DNA from: a virus
IMG/VR virus record: IMGVR_UViG_3300035670_000059
Location: 32,001-96,000 of that record
Length of the DNA stretch: 64,000 bases
Reading direction: 5' to 3' (one strand)
Positions within the stretch are counted from its first letter, which is position 1. Each line of letters opens with the position of its first letter. The translations under genes were made by a program, and so were the position numbers. Under the pieces are notes generated by a model. The model worked only from the letters and a program-made list of their open reading frames with translations. It was not told the origin of the DNA and made no database searches. Positions 39,301 to 48,389 of the stretch are shown here, in pieces.

Positions 39301-39612
39301 ATGAGAACTACTTATTGGAAAATAAACAAACTTGAAGTAATACCCGAAGAAGGTAGCTTAACAGAAGTAATACAATATGCATATTATCAAAGAATTGTTG
39401 AAGAAGGACAGTATTCTACTTTTATAGAAGGTAAGATGTTGTTCCCTACTCCCGAAAGTTCAAATTTTATACCTTATGCAGATATTACTGAAGCTGATAT
39501 TATATCTTGGATTTTACCTAATATGAATTTAGAAGAAGTTGATTTATTTTTAAATCAAAAATTAGATAGCATTATATCAGAAAGTGCTTATTTTCCCCCT
39601 TTACCATTTTAA
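39301..39612 (+). CDS. Small fibre-associated protein, paralog of 32301-32645
   Basis: YWKINKLE...GSLTEVI...FIPYADITEADIISWI...PPLPF. Confidence 0.6.
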   Translation: MRTTYWKINKLEVIPEEGSLTEVIQYAYYQRIVEEGQYSTFIEGKMLFPTPESSNFIPYADITEADIISWILPNMNLEEVDLFLNQKLDSIISESAYFPPLPF

Positions 39613-39661
39613 AATTTTTATATTTATAACACGAATACCCACCTACCCAATACATTAACAA

Positions 39662-41815
39662 ATGCTAATACATAACGCAGAAGTAACCGGATCGTTAAAC
39701 ATAAACAATGTTCCATTTAATAGCGGCTCTTTTAGCGGCTCGTTTCAAGGAGATGGTTCTCAATTATCCGGTGTAACAGGGGCAACAACTGCCTCGTACG
39801 TTGAATATAGCAATGTTGGAAATAAGCCCGCGTTAGTATCGGGCTCCTCTCAAATTATATATAGTGGATTATCTGGTATCCCGAGTGGGATAGTATCAAG
39901 TTCCGCTCAAATTGAAGGGTATGGTATATTTGCCACTACGGGTTCAAATTCATTTAACGGTTCTCAAACTGTAACTGGTTCTTTGACCGTGACCGGTCAA
40001 GTTGTTGCACAAACTTTGAATGTACAACAGGTAACTTCTAGTATAGTATATTCAAGTGGAAGTAACGTGTTTGGAAATAGTTTAGCGAATACACAACAGT
40101 TTACTGGAAGTGTATCTGTGACAGGGAGTTTAGCGGTAAATGGAGCTGGTACATTTGCAAGTAGTGTTGGGATTAATGGAAGTCCTGGAACTTCTTTTCC
40201 ATTAGAAGCATACATAAACAATTCAACTGCTTACTCTTCAACATCAAGAGGAAACGTATTTCGTGTTTACAATAGCAATACGGGCGCAAATATTTTTGCA
40301 GGAATTGAATTAGGGGGTGCAGGAAGTGCTAATGATGGATTAGCAGGATTGAATGCAATAGTAACTGGAAATGGCAGTGCTGCCTTAACTTTTTACACAA
40401 GAGATTCCAATACATTTGCCGAACGCATACGTCTCACTTCCGGAGGTAATGTCGGTATAGGTACTAATAGTCCTGTTGGAGGAGGTGGTGCCTCGGATAG
40501 AACATTGGGTATAAATGCCGCAACAGGTGCTGCTACATTTGTAACAGGAATGATAAACGGTACACGATATAGTACCTTATTTACTGCTGCCGATAGTGTT
40601 GTTTTAGAAACTAATGCAGCTATACCTTTAGCATTTAATACCAACTCAACCGAACGCATGCGTATCACCTCAGGTGGGGATGTTTTTATAAACAATTCAT
40701 CTGGAGTAACATTAAATAGTTTAACAAATAAACTAAGCGTTTCATCTACTACTTATAATTTATTTGATATTTCAAGATTTTCCGATAATGCTTTTGGTCC
40801 AAACTTTTACCTTGTTAAATCAAGAAATGGTAGTATTGGTGGAAATACAATTGTTGCAAATGGAGATAATTTAGGTAATATAAATTGGGTAGGAGCAAAC
40901 GGAACAGGATTTACTGATGCTGCAAGTATTAAAGCAGAGGTTGATGGTGGCCCTGGAGCAAGTGATATGCCAGGTAGATTAGTATTTTCTACTACAGCTG
41001 ATGGTGCTACTAGTGTTACCGAACGCATGCGCATCACCTCAGGTGGTAATATTGGTATAAGTACAAATTCTCCTTTGGGCAGTTCTGTTGAAAGAACAAT
41101 TCATTTAAGTGATGGAGGTGGAGGTTATGCTACGGTATATGTTACTAATAGCGCAAATACTGTTAGGTCTATTTTTGGCATGCAAAGTGCTCAAAATTTA
41201 GTAGTAGTAGGGAGTCAAACAAATACTCCTGTTGCTATATACACTAACGATACCGAACGAATGCGCATCACCTCAGGTGGTAATGTTGGTATAGGCACTA
41301 ATAACCCAGGGAAAAGACTAGATGTTAGGGCTAGTGCTGCAGGAGAAGTCGCAATAATTTCAAATGAAAGAAATAGCACCGGAGATTATGCCCTTGTTAC
41401 TTCTTTAGGGTCAAATTGCAATAATACTTCTGCATATCATTACATAGCCGCTACAGGTGGAGCAGATCGATTATATATTTATGGAAATGGAAATGTAGTA
41501 AATATAAATGGTTCTTATGGTACTCTATCAGATATTTCATTAAAGGAAAATATTGTAGATGCTACACCAAAACTTGCTGATTTGCTACAATTAAAAGTTA
41601 GAAACTTTAATTTAATTGGTAGTGAGGAAAAACAAATTGGTTTTATAGCCCAAGAATTTGAGAAAATATTTCCTAAAATGGTAGATATTGATGGTAAAAA
41701 TGGGATGAAAACTATTAAAACATCTGTTTTAGTACCTATGTTAGTTAAAGCCATCCAAGAACTCTCAGCAAAAGTAGAAACATTAGAAGCTGAAATACAA
41801 ACACTAAAACAATAA
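39662..41815 (+). CDS. Tail fibre E with C-terminal S74-like chaperone
   Basis: Shared core 39788-40144; four ERMRITSGG-type repeats; LSDISLKENI...GFIAQE...LVKAIQEL. Confidence 0.8.
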   Translation: MLIHNAEVTGSLNINNVPFNSGSFSGSFQGDGSQLSGVTGATTASYVEYSNVGNKPALVSGSSQIIYSGLSGIPSGIVSSSAQIEGYGIFATTGSNSFNGSQTVTGSLTVTGQVVAQTLNVQQVTSSIVYSSGSNVFGNSLANTQQFTGSVSVTGSLAVNGAGTFASSVGINGSPGTSFPLEAYINNSTAYSSTSRGNVFRVYNSNTGANIFAGIELGGAGSANDGLAGLNAIVTGNGSAALTFYTRDSNTFAERIRLTSGGNVGIGTNSPVGGGGASDRTLGINAATGAATFVTGMINGTRYSTLFTAADSVVLETNAAIPLAFNTNSTERMRITSGGDVFINNSSGVTLNSLTNKLSVSSTTYNLFDISRFSDNAFGPNFYLVKSRNGSIGGNTIVANGDNLGNINWVGANGTGFTDAASIKAEVDGGPGASDMPGRLVFSTTADGATSVTERMRITSGGNIGISTNSPLGSSVERTIHLSDGGGGYATVYVTNSANTVRSIFGMQSAQNLVVVGSQTNTPVAIYTNDTERMRITSGGNVGIGTNNPGKRLDVRASAAGEVAIISNERNSTGDYALVTSLGSNCNNTSAYHYIAATGGADRLYIYGNGNVVNINGSYGTLSDISLKENIVDATPKLADLLQLKVRNFNLIGSEEKQIGFIAQEFEKIFPKMVDIDGKNGMKTIKTSVLVPMLVKAIQELSAKVETLEAEIQTLKQ

Positions 41816-41849
41816 CCCAATATTTATAACCATACAAGTTTAAAATTAT

Positions 41850-41880
41850 TTGGAAATCCAAACTATATTTCATATATTAA
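41850..41880 (+). promoter_or_regulatory. Bacteroidota-type -33/-7 promoter
   Basis: TTGG-N19-TATATTAA; ATATTTATAA also present at 41820. Confidence 0.55.
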
Positions 41881-41907
41881 CCAACAAAACTAAATTTTAA
41901 ATCGTTT

Positions 41908-42366
41908 ATGCAAAACACAACGTTACAATTAGGACAAATTTTACAATTAGAAACCGAAGTAAATGGAGTAGTAAACACTCAAACTGGCGAAGTTGTTTCT
42001 AAAGGCCTCATGAAGGAAGTCCTCAAATTCAAAACCAAATACTGGCTAATGCAATTGTCCGATGATTTGGTAGAAGAAAAAAAGAAAATCGAAGCTGTTC
42101 GAGACCAACTGGTTAAAGAATTAGGTCAAGAAGATGAAACGGGAGCAATTTCCCTACCCGTGTTCATCAATGAAGTACAGGATGAAGAAGGTAAACTAGT
42201 TTCTAGAGAAGTTAACCCAAAGTTCCTCGACTTTCAAGAAAAATTCAATGAGCTATTAGCCGAAACTAAAGAACTTTCCCACGGTAAATTTTTACTAGAG
42301 GATTTCGAACTTGTAGAATCTGCTGAAGTATATCCTGTATTTTTCAAGCTAATTTCTGCTGAATAA
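41908..42366 (+). CDS. Hypothetical protein
   Basis: 152 aa, acidic and helical. Confidence 0.65.
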   Translation: MQNTTLQLGQILQLETEVNGVVNTQTGEVVSKGLMKEVLKFKTKYWLMQLSDDLVEEKKKIEAVRDQLVKELGQEDETGAISLPVFINEVQDEEGKLVSREVNPKFLDFQEKFNELLAETKELSHGKFLLEDFELVESAEVYPVFFKLISAE

Positions 42367-42367
42367 C

Positions 42368-42619
42368 ATGGAAAAAATCCAATTAGCTCCTGAGGAGCTA
42401 TCTAAGTTGCAAGATTTAAACAATAAAGTAGCAGATATTGTAGCATCTCTAGGTCAAATAGAAATACAAACATCTCTTCTGCAAGAAAACAAAAAATCTC
42501 TATTGGCTAGTTTTTCCCAAATCCAACAGGATCAAGATCAACTAGCCCAAGAGCTAACCCAAAAATATGGGGATGGTACAATAGACATGACTTCCGGAGA
42601 ATTTACTAAGGCAGGATAG
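42368..42619 (+). CDS. Small coiled-coil protein
   Basis: LGQIEIQ...LTQKYGDGTIDMTSGEF. Confidence 0.65.
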   Translation: MEKIQLAPEELSKLQDLNNKVADIVASLGQIEIQTSLLQENKKSLLASFSQIQQDQDQLAQELTQKYGDGTIDMTSGEFTKAG

Positions 42620-42675
42620 TTTTTTGAAAGGGTTTCTCATATTTATAACAAAACAATATAAAATAACTTAATAAA

Positions 42676-44400
42676 ATGGCCGAAACCTTACTTTCCCCCG
42701 GAGTACTAGCAAGAGAGAACGATCAATCTTTTATACAAGGTCAGCCACTTGAAAGAGGAGCAGCTATAATTGGACCCGCAGCAAAAGGACCAGTTGAAAT
42801 CCCAACACTAGTAGGTTCGTTCAGCGAATATACTGCTATTTTTGGTGGTGCTATTGAAAGTGGATCTAACGTATATTCTTACCTTACCTCAATTGCCGCT
42901 AACAACTATTTCCAAAATGGTGGTACTTCTTTACTAGTAACTAGAGTAGTCTCTGGTTCTTTTACCTCCGCAACTAGCTCATTGATACCAACAGGATCAG
43001 GTGGTCCTGATACTGGTGTATCCCCATTTGTACTTGAAACAATTTCTGAAGGTATTATTATGAATAATACTGGTACTGAAATTTCAGGTTCATTACCTTC
43101 AGGTTCAAGCGATAACGTTAGATGGGAAATCCCAACTGTTAACACTGCTTCTGGAACATTTAGCTTATTAATCCGAAGAGGAGATGACAATAACGTACAA
43201 AAAATAGTATTAGAATCTTACAACAACTTATCACTAGATCCATACGCTTCTAATTATATTTCTAAAGTAATAGGTGATGTGAATTTTAACTTAACTAGTG
43301 ATAGTGGTGATTATTTTATCCAACAAACTGGCTCTTACAGTAACCTTTCTCGATACGTAAGAGTAAAACAAGTAAACTTCAATACTCCAAAATATTTTGA
43401 CAACAACGGTAATGCAAAACCTGCTTTCACAGGATCTTTACCAGCTGTAAGTTCAGGTTCATTTGGTTCTGCTGTTGGATCTAACATCCCAGTAGGCAGA
43501 ACAGCTAATTTCTATAACAATGTTAATGCAACTGATAGCCAAGGATTAATAGGTAGTAACTACAATAATGCAATTGCATTGTTATCAAATGTAGATGAAT
43601 ACAAATACAATGTAATATCTATTCCTGGCCTATTAGCTTCTGCCCACGCTACTCAAACCACAGCTTTAGTAAATAATACAATTGGAAGAGGTGATTCTAT
43701 TGCAATTATAGACTTAGTACCATATGCTTCACAAGTAAATACAGTAATAAACCAAGCATCTGGATTTGATTCTAGCTATGCTGCTACATACTGGCCTTGG
43801 TTACAAACTATTGATCCTAACACAGGTGAGGCAGTTTGGGTACCAGCTTCAACAATGATCCCGGGTGTATACGCGTTTACAGATGCTTCAAGTGATCCAT
43901 GGTTTGCTCCTGCAGGTATTACTCGCGGCGCATTAGGTCAAGTAATCAGAGCTGAAAGAAAATTAACAGCTGGAAATAGAGACGAAATATACGAAGCAAA
44001 TGTTAACCCAATTGCTACATTCCCTGGAAGTGGAGTAACAGTATTTGGTCAGAAAACACTTCAGAAACGTGCTTCTGCACTTGATAGAGTAAACGTAAGA
44101 AGATTGTTAATTGCTCTTAAGAGCTTTATCGGTCAAGTAGCAGAAGGATTGGTATTCGAACAAAATACGGCCGCTACTAGAAACAACTTCTTAAGCCAAG
44201 TAAATCCATACTTAGAATCTGTACAACAAAGACAAGGTTTGTATGCGTTTAAAGTAGTAATGGATGAAACCAACAACACACCTGATGTAGTAGATAGAAA
44301 CGAGCTAGTAGGTCAAATATTCTTACAACCAACTCGTACTGCTGAATTCATTGTGTTGGATTTCAACGTGTTGCCAACTGGTGCAGTTTTCCCTGCATAA
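42676..44400 (+). CDS. Tail sheath protein
   Basis: LLSPGVLAREND; GPAAKGP; YWPW; PWFAPAG..RG; VFGQKTL; RVNVRRLL; FEQN; PTRTAEFI. Confidence 0.93.
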   Translation: MAETLLSPGVLARENDQSFIQGQPLERGAAIIGPAAKGPVEIPTLVGSFSEYTAIFGGAIESGSNVYSYLTSIAANNYFQNGGTSLLVTRVVSGSFTSATSSLIPTGSGGPDTGVSPFVLETISEGIIMNNTGTEISGSLPSGSSDNVRWEIPTVNTASGTFSLLIRRGDDNNVQKIVLESYNNLSLDPYASNYISKVIGDVNFNLTSDSGDYFIQQTGSYSNLSRYVRVKQVNFNTPKYFDNNGNAKPAFTGSLPAVSSGSFGSAVGSNIPVGRTANFYNNVNATDSQGLIGSNYNNAIALLSNVDEYKYNVISIPGLLASAHATQTTALVNNTIGRGDSIAIIDLVPYASQVNTVINQASGFDSSYAATYWPWLQTIDPNTGEAVWVPASTMIPGVYAFTDASSDPWFAPAGITRGALGQVIRAERKLTAGNRDEIYEANVNPIATFPGSGVTVFGQKTLQKRASALDRVNVRRLLIALKSFIGQVAEGLVFEQNTAATRNNFLSQVNPYLESVQQRQGLYAFKVVMDETNNTPDVVDRNELVGQIFLQPTRTAEFIVLDFNVLPTGAVFPA

Positions 44401-44444
44401 GGAGTTAAAATTAGATATTTATAATAAAATAAAGCACATATAAA

Positions 44445-44933
44445 ATGGCAGTATTAGATCCAAACGAAATATTCTTCACAGCTTTTGAACCAAAGCAGGC
44501 GAATAGATTTATAATGTATATAGATGGCATCCCCTCCTATACCGTAAAAGGTATGGGAGCGGTAACATTATCTCAAGGAACAGTAGCTCTTAACCACATT
44601 AACGTTCAACGTTTTGTTAAGGGTAAATCTACTTGGGGTCCAATTCAATTCACCCTATTTGATCCAATCACTCCTTCTGGAGCACAAGCTGTAATGGAGT
44701 GGGTTAGATTACACCACGAATCTGTAACTGGTAGAGATGGATACTCTGATTTCTACAAGAAAGATCTAACATTCAACGTGTTAGGCCCAGTAGGGGATGT
44801 AGTATCTGAGTGGATTATCAAGGGTGCTTTAATTACTGAAGCTAACTTTGGTGAATATGGTTGGGATACAGAAAATACAGCTATCAACTTAACAATGACT
44901 GTTCAACCAGATTACTGTGTATTGAACTTTTAA
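44445..44933 (+). CDS. Tail tube protein (T4 gp19-like)
   Basis: FEPKQANRF; LFDPITPSGAQAVMEW; YKKDL...LGPVGDVVSEW; follows sheath. Confidence 0.85.
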   Translation: MAVLDPNEIFFTAFEPKQANRFIMYIDGIPSYTVKGMGAVTLSQGTVALNHINVQRFVKGKSTWGPIQFTLFDPITPSGAQAVMEWVRLHHESVTGRDGYSDFYKKDLTFNVLGPVGDVVSEWIIKGALITEANFGEYGWDTENTAINLTMTVQPDYCVLNF

Positions 44934-44957
44934 TTCAATTTTTTATATAAATTTTTT

Positions 44958-44988
44958 AACCTACCCTATTACTAGGGTAGGTTTTTTT
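44958..44988 (+). terminator. Intrinsic terminator after tail tube gene
   Basis: AACCTACCCTA-TTAC-TAGGGTAGGTT followed by T5. Confidence 0.85.
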
Positions 44989-45012
44989 ATATATTTATAA
45001 CAAAATAATAAC

Positions 45013-45258
45013 ATGAGTCTGGAGCAAAAGCCACCTGTAAGAATTAGTGTAGATGATGAGGATGGGCTAGTTAAACAAGCTACTTTTTCAGCATTTAGTC
45101 CTAAATCTCGAGTAAAGTATCTTAATACCATGCTCCCCTTTCCAACAAGAATACCTTCTTCAATATTTTCTCCTGTTGCTAATTCTGGAGCCAACCCACC
45201 ACTCCCAGACTTACTTTATGTAGCAGCAGGATATGTTGAAGATGGATACGTACAATAA
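45013..45258 (+). CDS. Small hypothetical protein
   Basis: 81 aa behind ATATTTATAA at 44991; ends YVAAGYVEDGYVQ. Confidence 0.55.
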   Translation: MSLEQKPPVRISVDDEDGLVKQATFSAFSPKSRVKYLNTMLPFPTRIPSSIFSPVANSGANPPLPDLLYVAAGYVEDGYVQ

Positions 45259-45278
45259 AAAACTATAACTAAAATAAT

Positions 45279-47258
45279 ATGCCATTAGTATTAAGAAGTG
45301 AAAAAGGCTCGCAACTGACCTTTAACGAAATGGATGGAAACTTTACCTATTTGGAAGGTTTAGATCAAGATAAATTAACAACTAGCTCCTTTAATGCCAC
45401 TACTGGTTCATTTGTAACCACTAGTTCATTTAATGCTACTACTGGCTCATTCACAACAACCAGCTCATTTAACACTTTTTCCTCTAGCTATACTACTGGA
45501 TCTTTTACTGGTTCTTTTATAGGAGACGGTAGTGGATTAACTGGTATACCAGGAGTAACTCCAATAGCTACTGGTTCATTTGCTACAACTGGTTCAAATA
45601 TATTTGTTGGTAATCAAACAATAACAGGTTCATTAATACTTTCTTCTTCTGTTGCTATAGAATTAACAGTAATAGGCAATTCTGTATTATCAGGTTCATT
45701 AACTATAAGCGGTTCAACTATTCAAAGTGGAAGCATAGATGTTAGTGGAAGTATTAATGCGGATGGATTTGAATTAGATGCAACTTCTACTTCAACTGTT
45801 CTCGCACTTAATAGTGAATTTAACCTAGATTTATCTGGTTCCCAAACTCCAATAATTTACAAAACATTAGTATTAAATGATGGAAAGGTATTAGTTGCGG
45901 GAAGATTTGAGAGTATTAATGGACATACTACTAATGATATAGCAAGATTAAATTCAAATGGTTCAATAGATACTTCATTTACAGCAACAAATGTTGGTGG
46001 TGGATTTAGTGCAACATCACAATATATAAATACCCTTGTAACCCAATCAGATGATAAAATAATTATAGTAGGAAGCTTTAGTTCAGTAGAGAGCAATTCA
46101 AGAACAGGAGTTGCTAGACTAAATACTAATGGTACAATAGATACTGGATTCTCAAACCCAGGATTTACTACTTTTTCCGAAGTTAGAGATGTTGCAATAC
46201 AAAATGACGATAAAATAGTTGTTGTAGGTAGGTTTGATGGTGGTATAAAGAGATTAAACACTGATGGTACTATAGATGCTTCATTAAATGTACCGGATTC
46301 AACTGGATTTACTGATAACGCATTTTATTCAGTAGCACTACTACCTAGTGGTTCTGAAGAAGCTATATTGGTTGGTGGAGATTTTAATCAATGGAATACA
46401 TCTGCGAATTATGATAAATTAGTTAAACTTAGTATAAGTGGATCGTTAGATACTGAATTTGCTGGGATTAATTTAGACCTATCAGGAAGTCTGGATGTTA
46501 TTAAAAGAATAAAAATAGGTAGTGATAGTAATATCTATATTGCTGGTAAATTTAGAGATACTGGAGCAGATAGAAGTGCGGGGTTTGCAAGAGTACTTCT
46601 TACTGATGATTATGGAGATGGTATTGGTGCGCTTGATAGATTTTTTAGAACATATATAACAGGTTCATTTGTAAATGATTTTGATTTCTATGGCGAGGAT
46701 AAAATATTATTAGGTGGTAGTTTTACTACTATTGGAAATCCATCATTAAGTGTTACATCCGCTAATAGATTTGCAATAGTAAATCAAAGTAATGGTAATA
46801 TTATAAGTGGATGGTTTGATTCGGGTAGTGCTTCTACCTATAATTTAAATGATGGTAGTGTTAACGCCGTTACACTTCTACCGAACGATAATGTATTGGT
46901 TGGGGGTACATTTACTAGTGCAAGTTTCCCTCTTACTGCAAGAGAAGGTTTAGCAAGTTTAAAATTAACCGGATATGGTGATGTAACAACCACATCTGAT
47001 TATTCAATTACTGCAGATACGAATCAACTATTAATTAGTTCATCCAATACATACTTTAGTGGAAATGTTAATATTTCTGGAAGTATAACTGGAAGTTCAC
47101 TTTTAGTAACCGGAAGCGCAAACATTAATGGCTTTACAGTATTGCCACAAGTATCTGCTTCTCTAAACTTTGCAGATGATACAGCAGCAGCATCTGGCGG
47201 AGTACCATTAGGTGGTTTATATAGAAGTGGAAGCTTTATACAAATTAGATTAGTGTAA
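45279..47258 (+). CDS. Virion appendage protein with delta-60-type beta-propeller repeats
   Basis: LVLRSEKGSQLTFNEMDGNF N-terminus; TTSSFNATTGSF tandem repeats; repeated Q.D.KI...G.F...ARLN.DGT.D..F. Confidence 0.7.
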   Translation: MPLVLRSEKGSQLTFNEMDGNFTYLEGLDQDKLTTSSFNATTGSFVTTSSFNATTGSFTTTSSFNTFSSSYTTGSFTGSFIGDGSGLTGIPGVTPIATGSFATTGSNIFVGNQTITGSLILSSSVAIELTVIGNSVLSGSLTISGSTIQSGSIDVSGSINADGFELDATSTSTVLALNSEFNLDLSGSQTPIIYKTLVLNDGKVLVAGRFESINGHTTNDIARLNSNGSIDTSFTATNVGGGFSATSQYINTLVTQSDDKIIIVGSFSSVESNSRTGVARLNTNGTIDTGFSNPGFTTFSEVRDVAIQNDDKIVVVGRFDGGIKRLNTDGTIDASLNVPDSTGFTDNAFYSVALLPSGSEEAILVGGDFNQWNTSANYDKLVKLSISGSLDTEFAGINLDLSGSLDVIKRIKIGSDSNIYIAGKFRDTGADRSAGFARVLLTDDYGDGIGALDRFFRTYITGSFVNDFDFYGEDKILLGGSFTTIGNPSLSVTSANRFAIVNQSNGNIISGWFDSGSASTYNLNDGSVNAVTLLPNDNVLVGGTFTSASFPLTAREGLASLKLTGYGDVTTTSDYSITADTNQLLISSSNTYFSGNVNISGSITGSSLLVTGSANINGFTVLPQVSASLNFADDTAAASGGVPLGGLYRSGSFIQIRLV

Positions 47259-47292
47259 TACACAAATTTATACATAAATTAAGAAAAATAGC

Positions 47293-47332
47293 TTGGCTTT
47301 TGTCAAGCTTTTTCTTATCTTCATATTTATCA
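47293..47332 (+). promoter_or_regulatory. Overlapping hairpin, -33/-7 promoter and late-type motif
   Basis: AGCTTGGC-TTTT-GTCAAGCT hairpin; TTGG-N19-TATCTTCA; ATATTTATCA at 47323. Confidence 0.5.
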
Positions 47333-47362
47333 TCGAACAAAAGTTATATTTAAAACAAGTAT

Positions 47363-48091
47363 ATGTCTGAATTTAAGTTACCTACCGAAACAATCGAATT
47401 ACCCTCAAAAGGCTTATTGTATCCTTCCGACAGTCCACTTGCTAGTGGTATCATAAGCATGAAATATATGACCGCGAGAGAAGAAGATATTTTAACCAAC
47501 CAATCCTACATTCAAAACGGAACTGTAATAGATAAACTATTACAATCACTAATTGTATCTAAAATCAATTACAGTGATTTATTAATTGGTGATAAAAATG
47601 CACTATTAATTGCTTCCCGTATCTTAGGATATGGTAAAGACTATACTTTTATGTATGGTGGCAGAGAAGAAACAGTTGATTTAACTCAACTTTCCAATAA
47701 AAAATTAGACGAGTCTTTATACACTAAAGGTGTAAATAAATTTAATTTTGAACTACCCTACACTGGTACTCATATTACATTTAAACTTCTAACTCACGGT
47801 GATGAAATAAAGATTCAAAATGAAATTAAAGGTCTACAAAAAATCACCCCAAACACTTCTCCCGAAGCTACAACTAGATTAAAACATATGATTTTAGCTA
47901 TAGATGGAGATGAAGAACAGAAAAATATCCGAAATTTTGTAGATAATTATCTTTTAGCTCGGGATGCCCGAGCATTTAGAGAATATGTTTCGCAAATCCA
48001 ACCTGATGTAGATTTGACTTTTTTTCCCGGAAGTGGGGGAGAATCAATTAACATTCCAATTGGACTTAACTTTTTTTGGCCTGACCTCTAA
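47363..48091 (+). CDS. Tail/baseplate-hub assembly chaperone (T4 gp26-like)
   Basis: IELPSKGLLY; MTAREEDIL; GDKNALLIASRILGYG; ends FFWPDL; upstream of tape measure. Confidence 0.7.
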   Translation: MSEFKLPTETIELPSKGLLYPSDSPLASGIISMKYMTAREEDILTNQSYIQNGTVIDKLLQSLIVSKINYSDLLIGDKNALLIASRILGYGKDYTFMYGGREETVDLTQLSNKKLDESLYTKGVNKFNFELPYTGTHITFKLLTHGDEIKIQNEIKGLQKITPNTSPEATTRLKHMILAIDGDEEQKNIRNFVDNYLLARDARAFREYVSQIQPDVDLTFFPGSGGESINIPIGLNFFWPDL

Positions 48092-48353
48092 AATAGCCCA
48101 AGAATTTAGAAAATCTGTCTTTGATCAAATTCACCAAATTGTTTTTCATGGCAAAGGTGGATATGATTGGGGAACTGTTTATAACATGCCAATTTGGCTT
48201 CGTAAATATACTTTTAAGCTTATAAAAGACCATTACGATGAAGAAGCAAAACAAATTGAATCTTCTAAAACCAAATCCAATCAACAAACAGTTATAGACT
48301 CCTCTGGAAAGATCACTGCTCCCCAATTCTTAAAACAAACAAGTTATAAATAA
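48075..48353 (+). CDS. Second chaperone segment, probably reached by frameshift
   Basis: +1 frame FGLTSKIAQEFRKSVFDQIHQIVFHGKGGYDWGTVYNMPIWLRKY; no ATG near its 5' end; T7 run at 48071-48077. Confidence 0.55.
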   Translation, partial: FGLTSKIAQEFRKSVFDQIHQIVFHGKGGYDWGTVYNMPIWLRKYTFKLIKDHYDEEAKQIESSKTKSNQQTVIDSSGKITAPQFLKQTSYK

Positions 48354-48389
48354 AACTGTATATTTCAATATTTATAACAAAATATTTTT

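Larger units (their letters stand above)
30761..41277 (+). repeat. Dispersed 23-nt motif GAACGCATGCGCATCACCTCAGG (9 copies) inside fibre genes
   Basis: Copies start at 30761, 31502, 34990, 38460, 38757, 40421 (degenerate), 40652, 41021 and 41255; all encode (E)RMRITS-type peptides. Confidence 0.9.

Noticed and set aside
30761-41277. CRISPR array interpretation of the 23-nt repeats
   Set aside because: Spacing is irregular (hundreds to thousands of nt), copies are in frame within ORFs, and there are no cas genes.
30065-41815. Diversity-generating retroelement or invertible shufflon in the fibre array
   Set aside because: No reverse transcriptase or invertase in the window, all repeats are direct, and I saw no repeat pair differing only at adenines.
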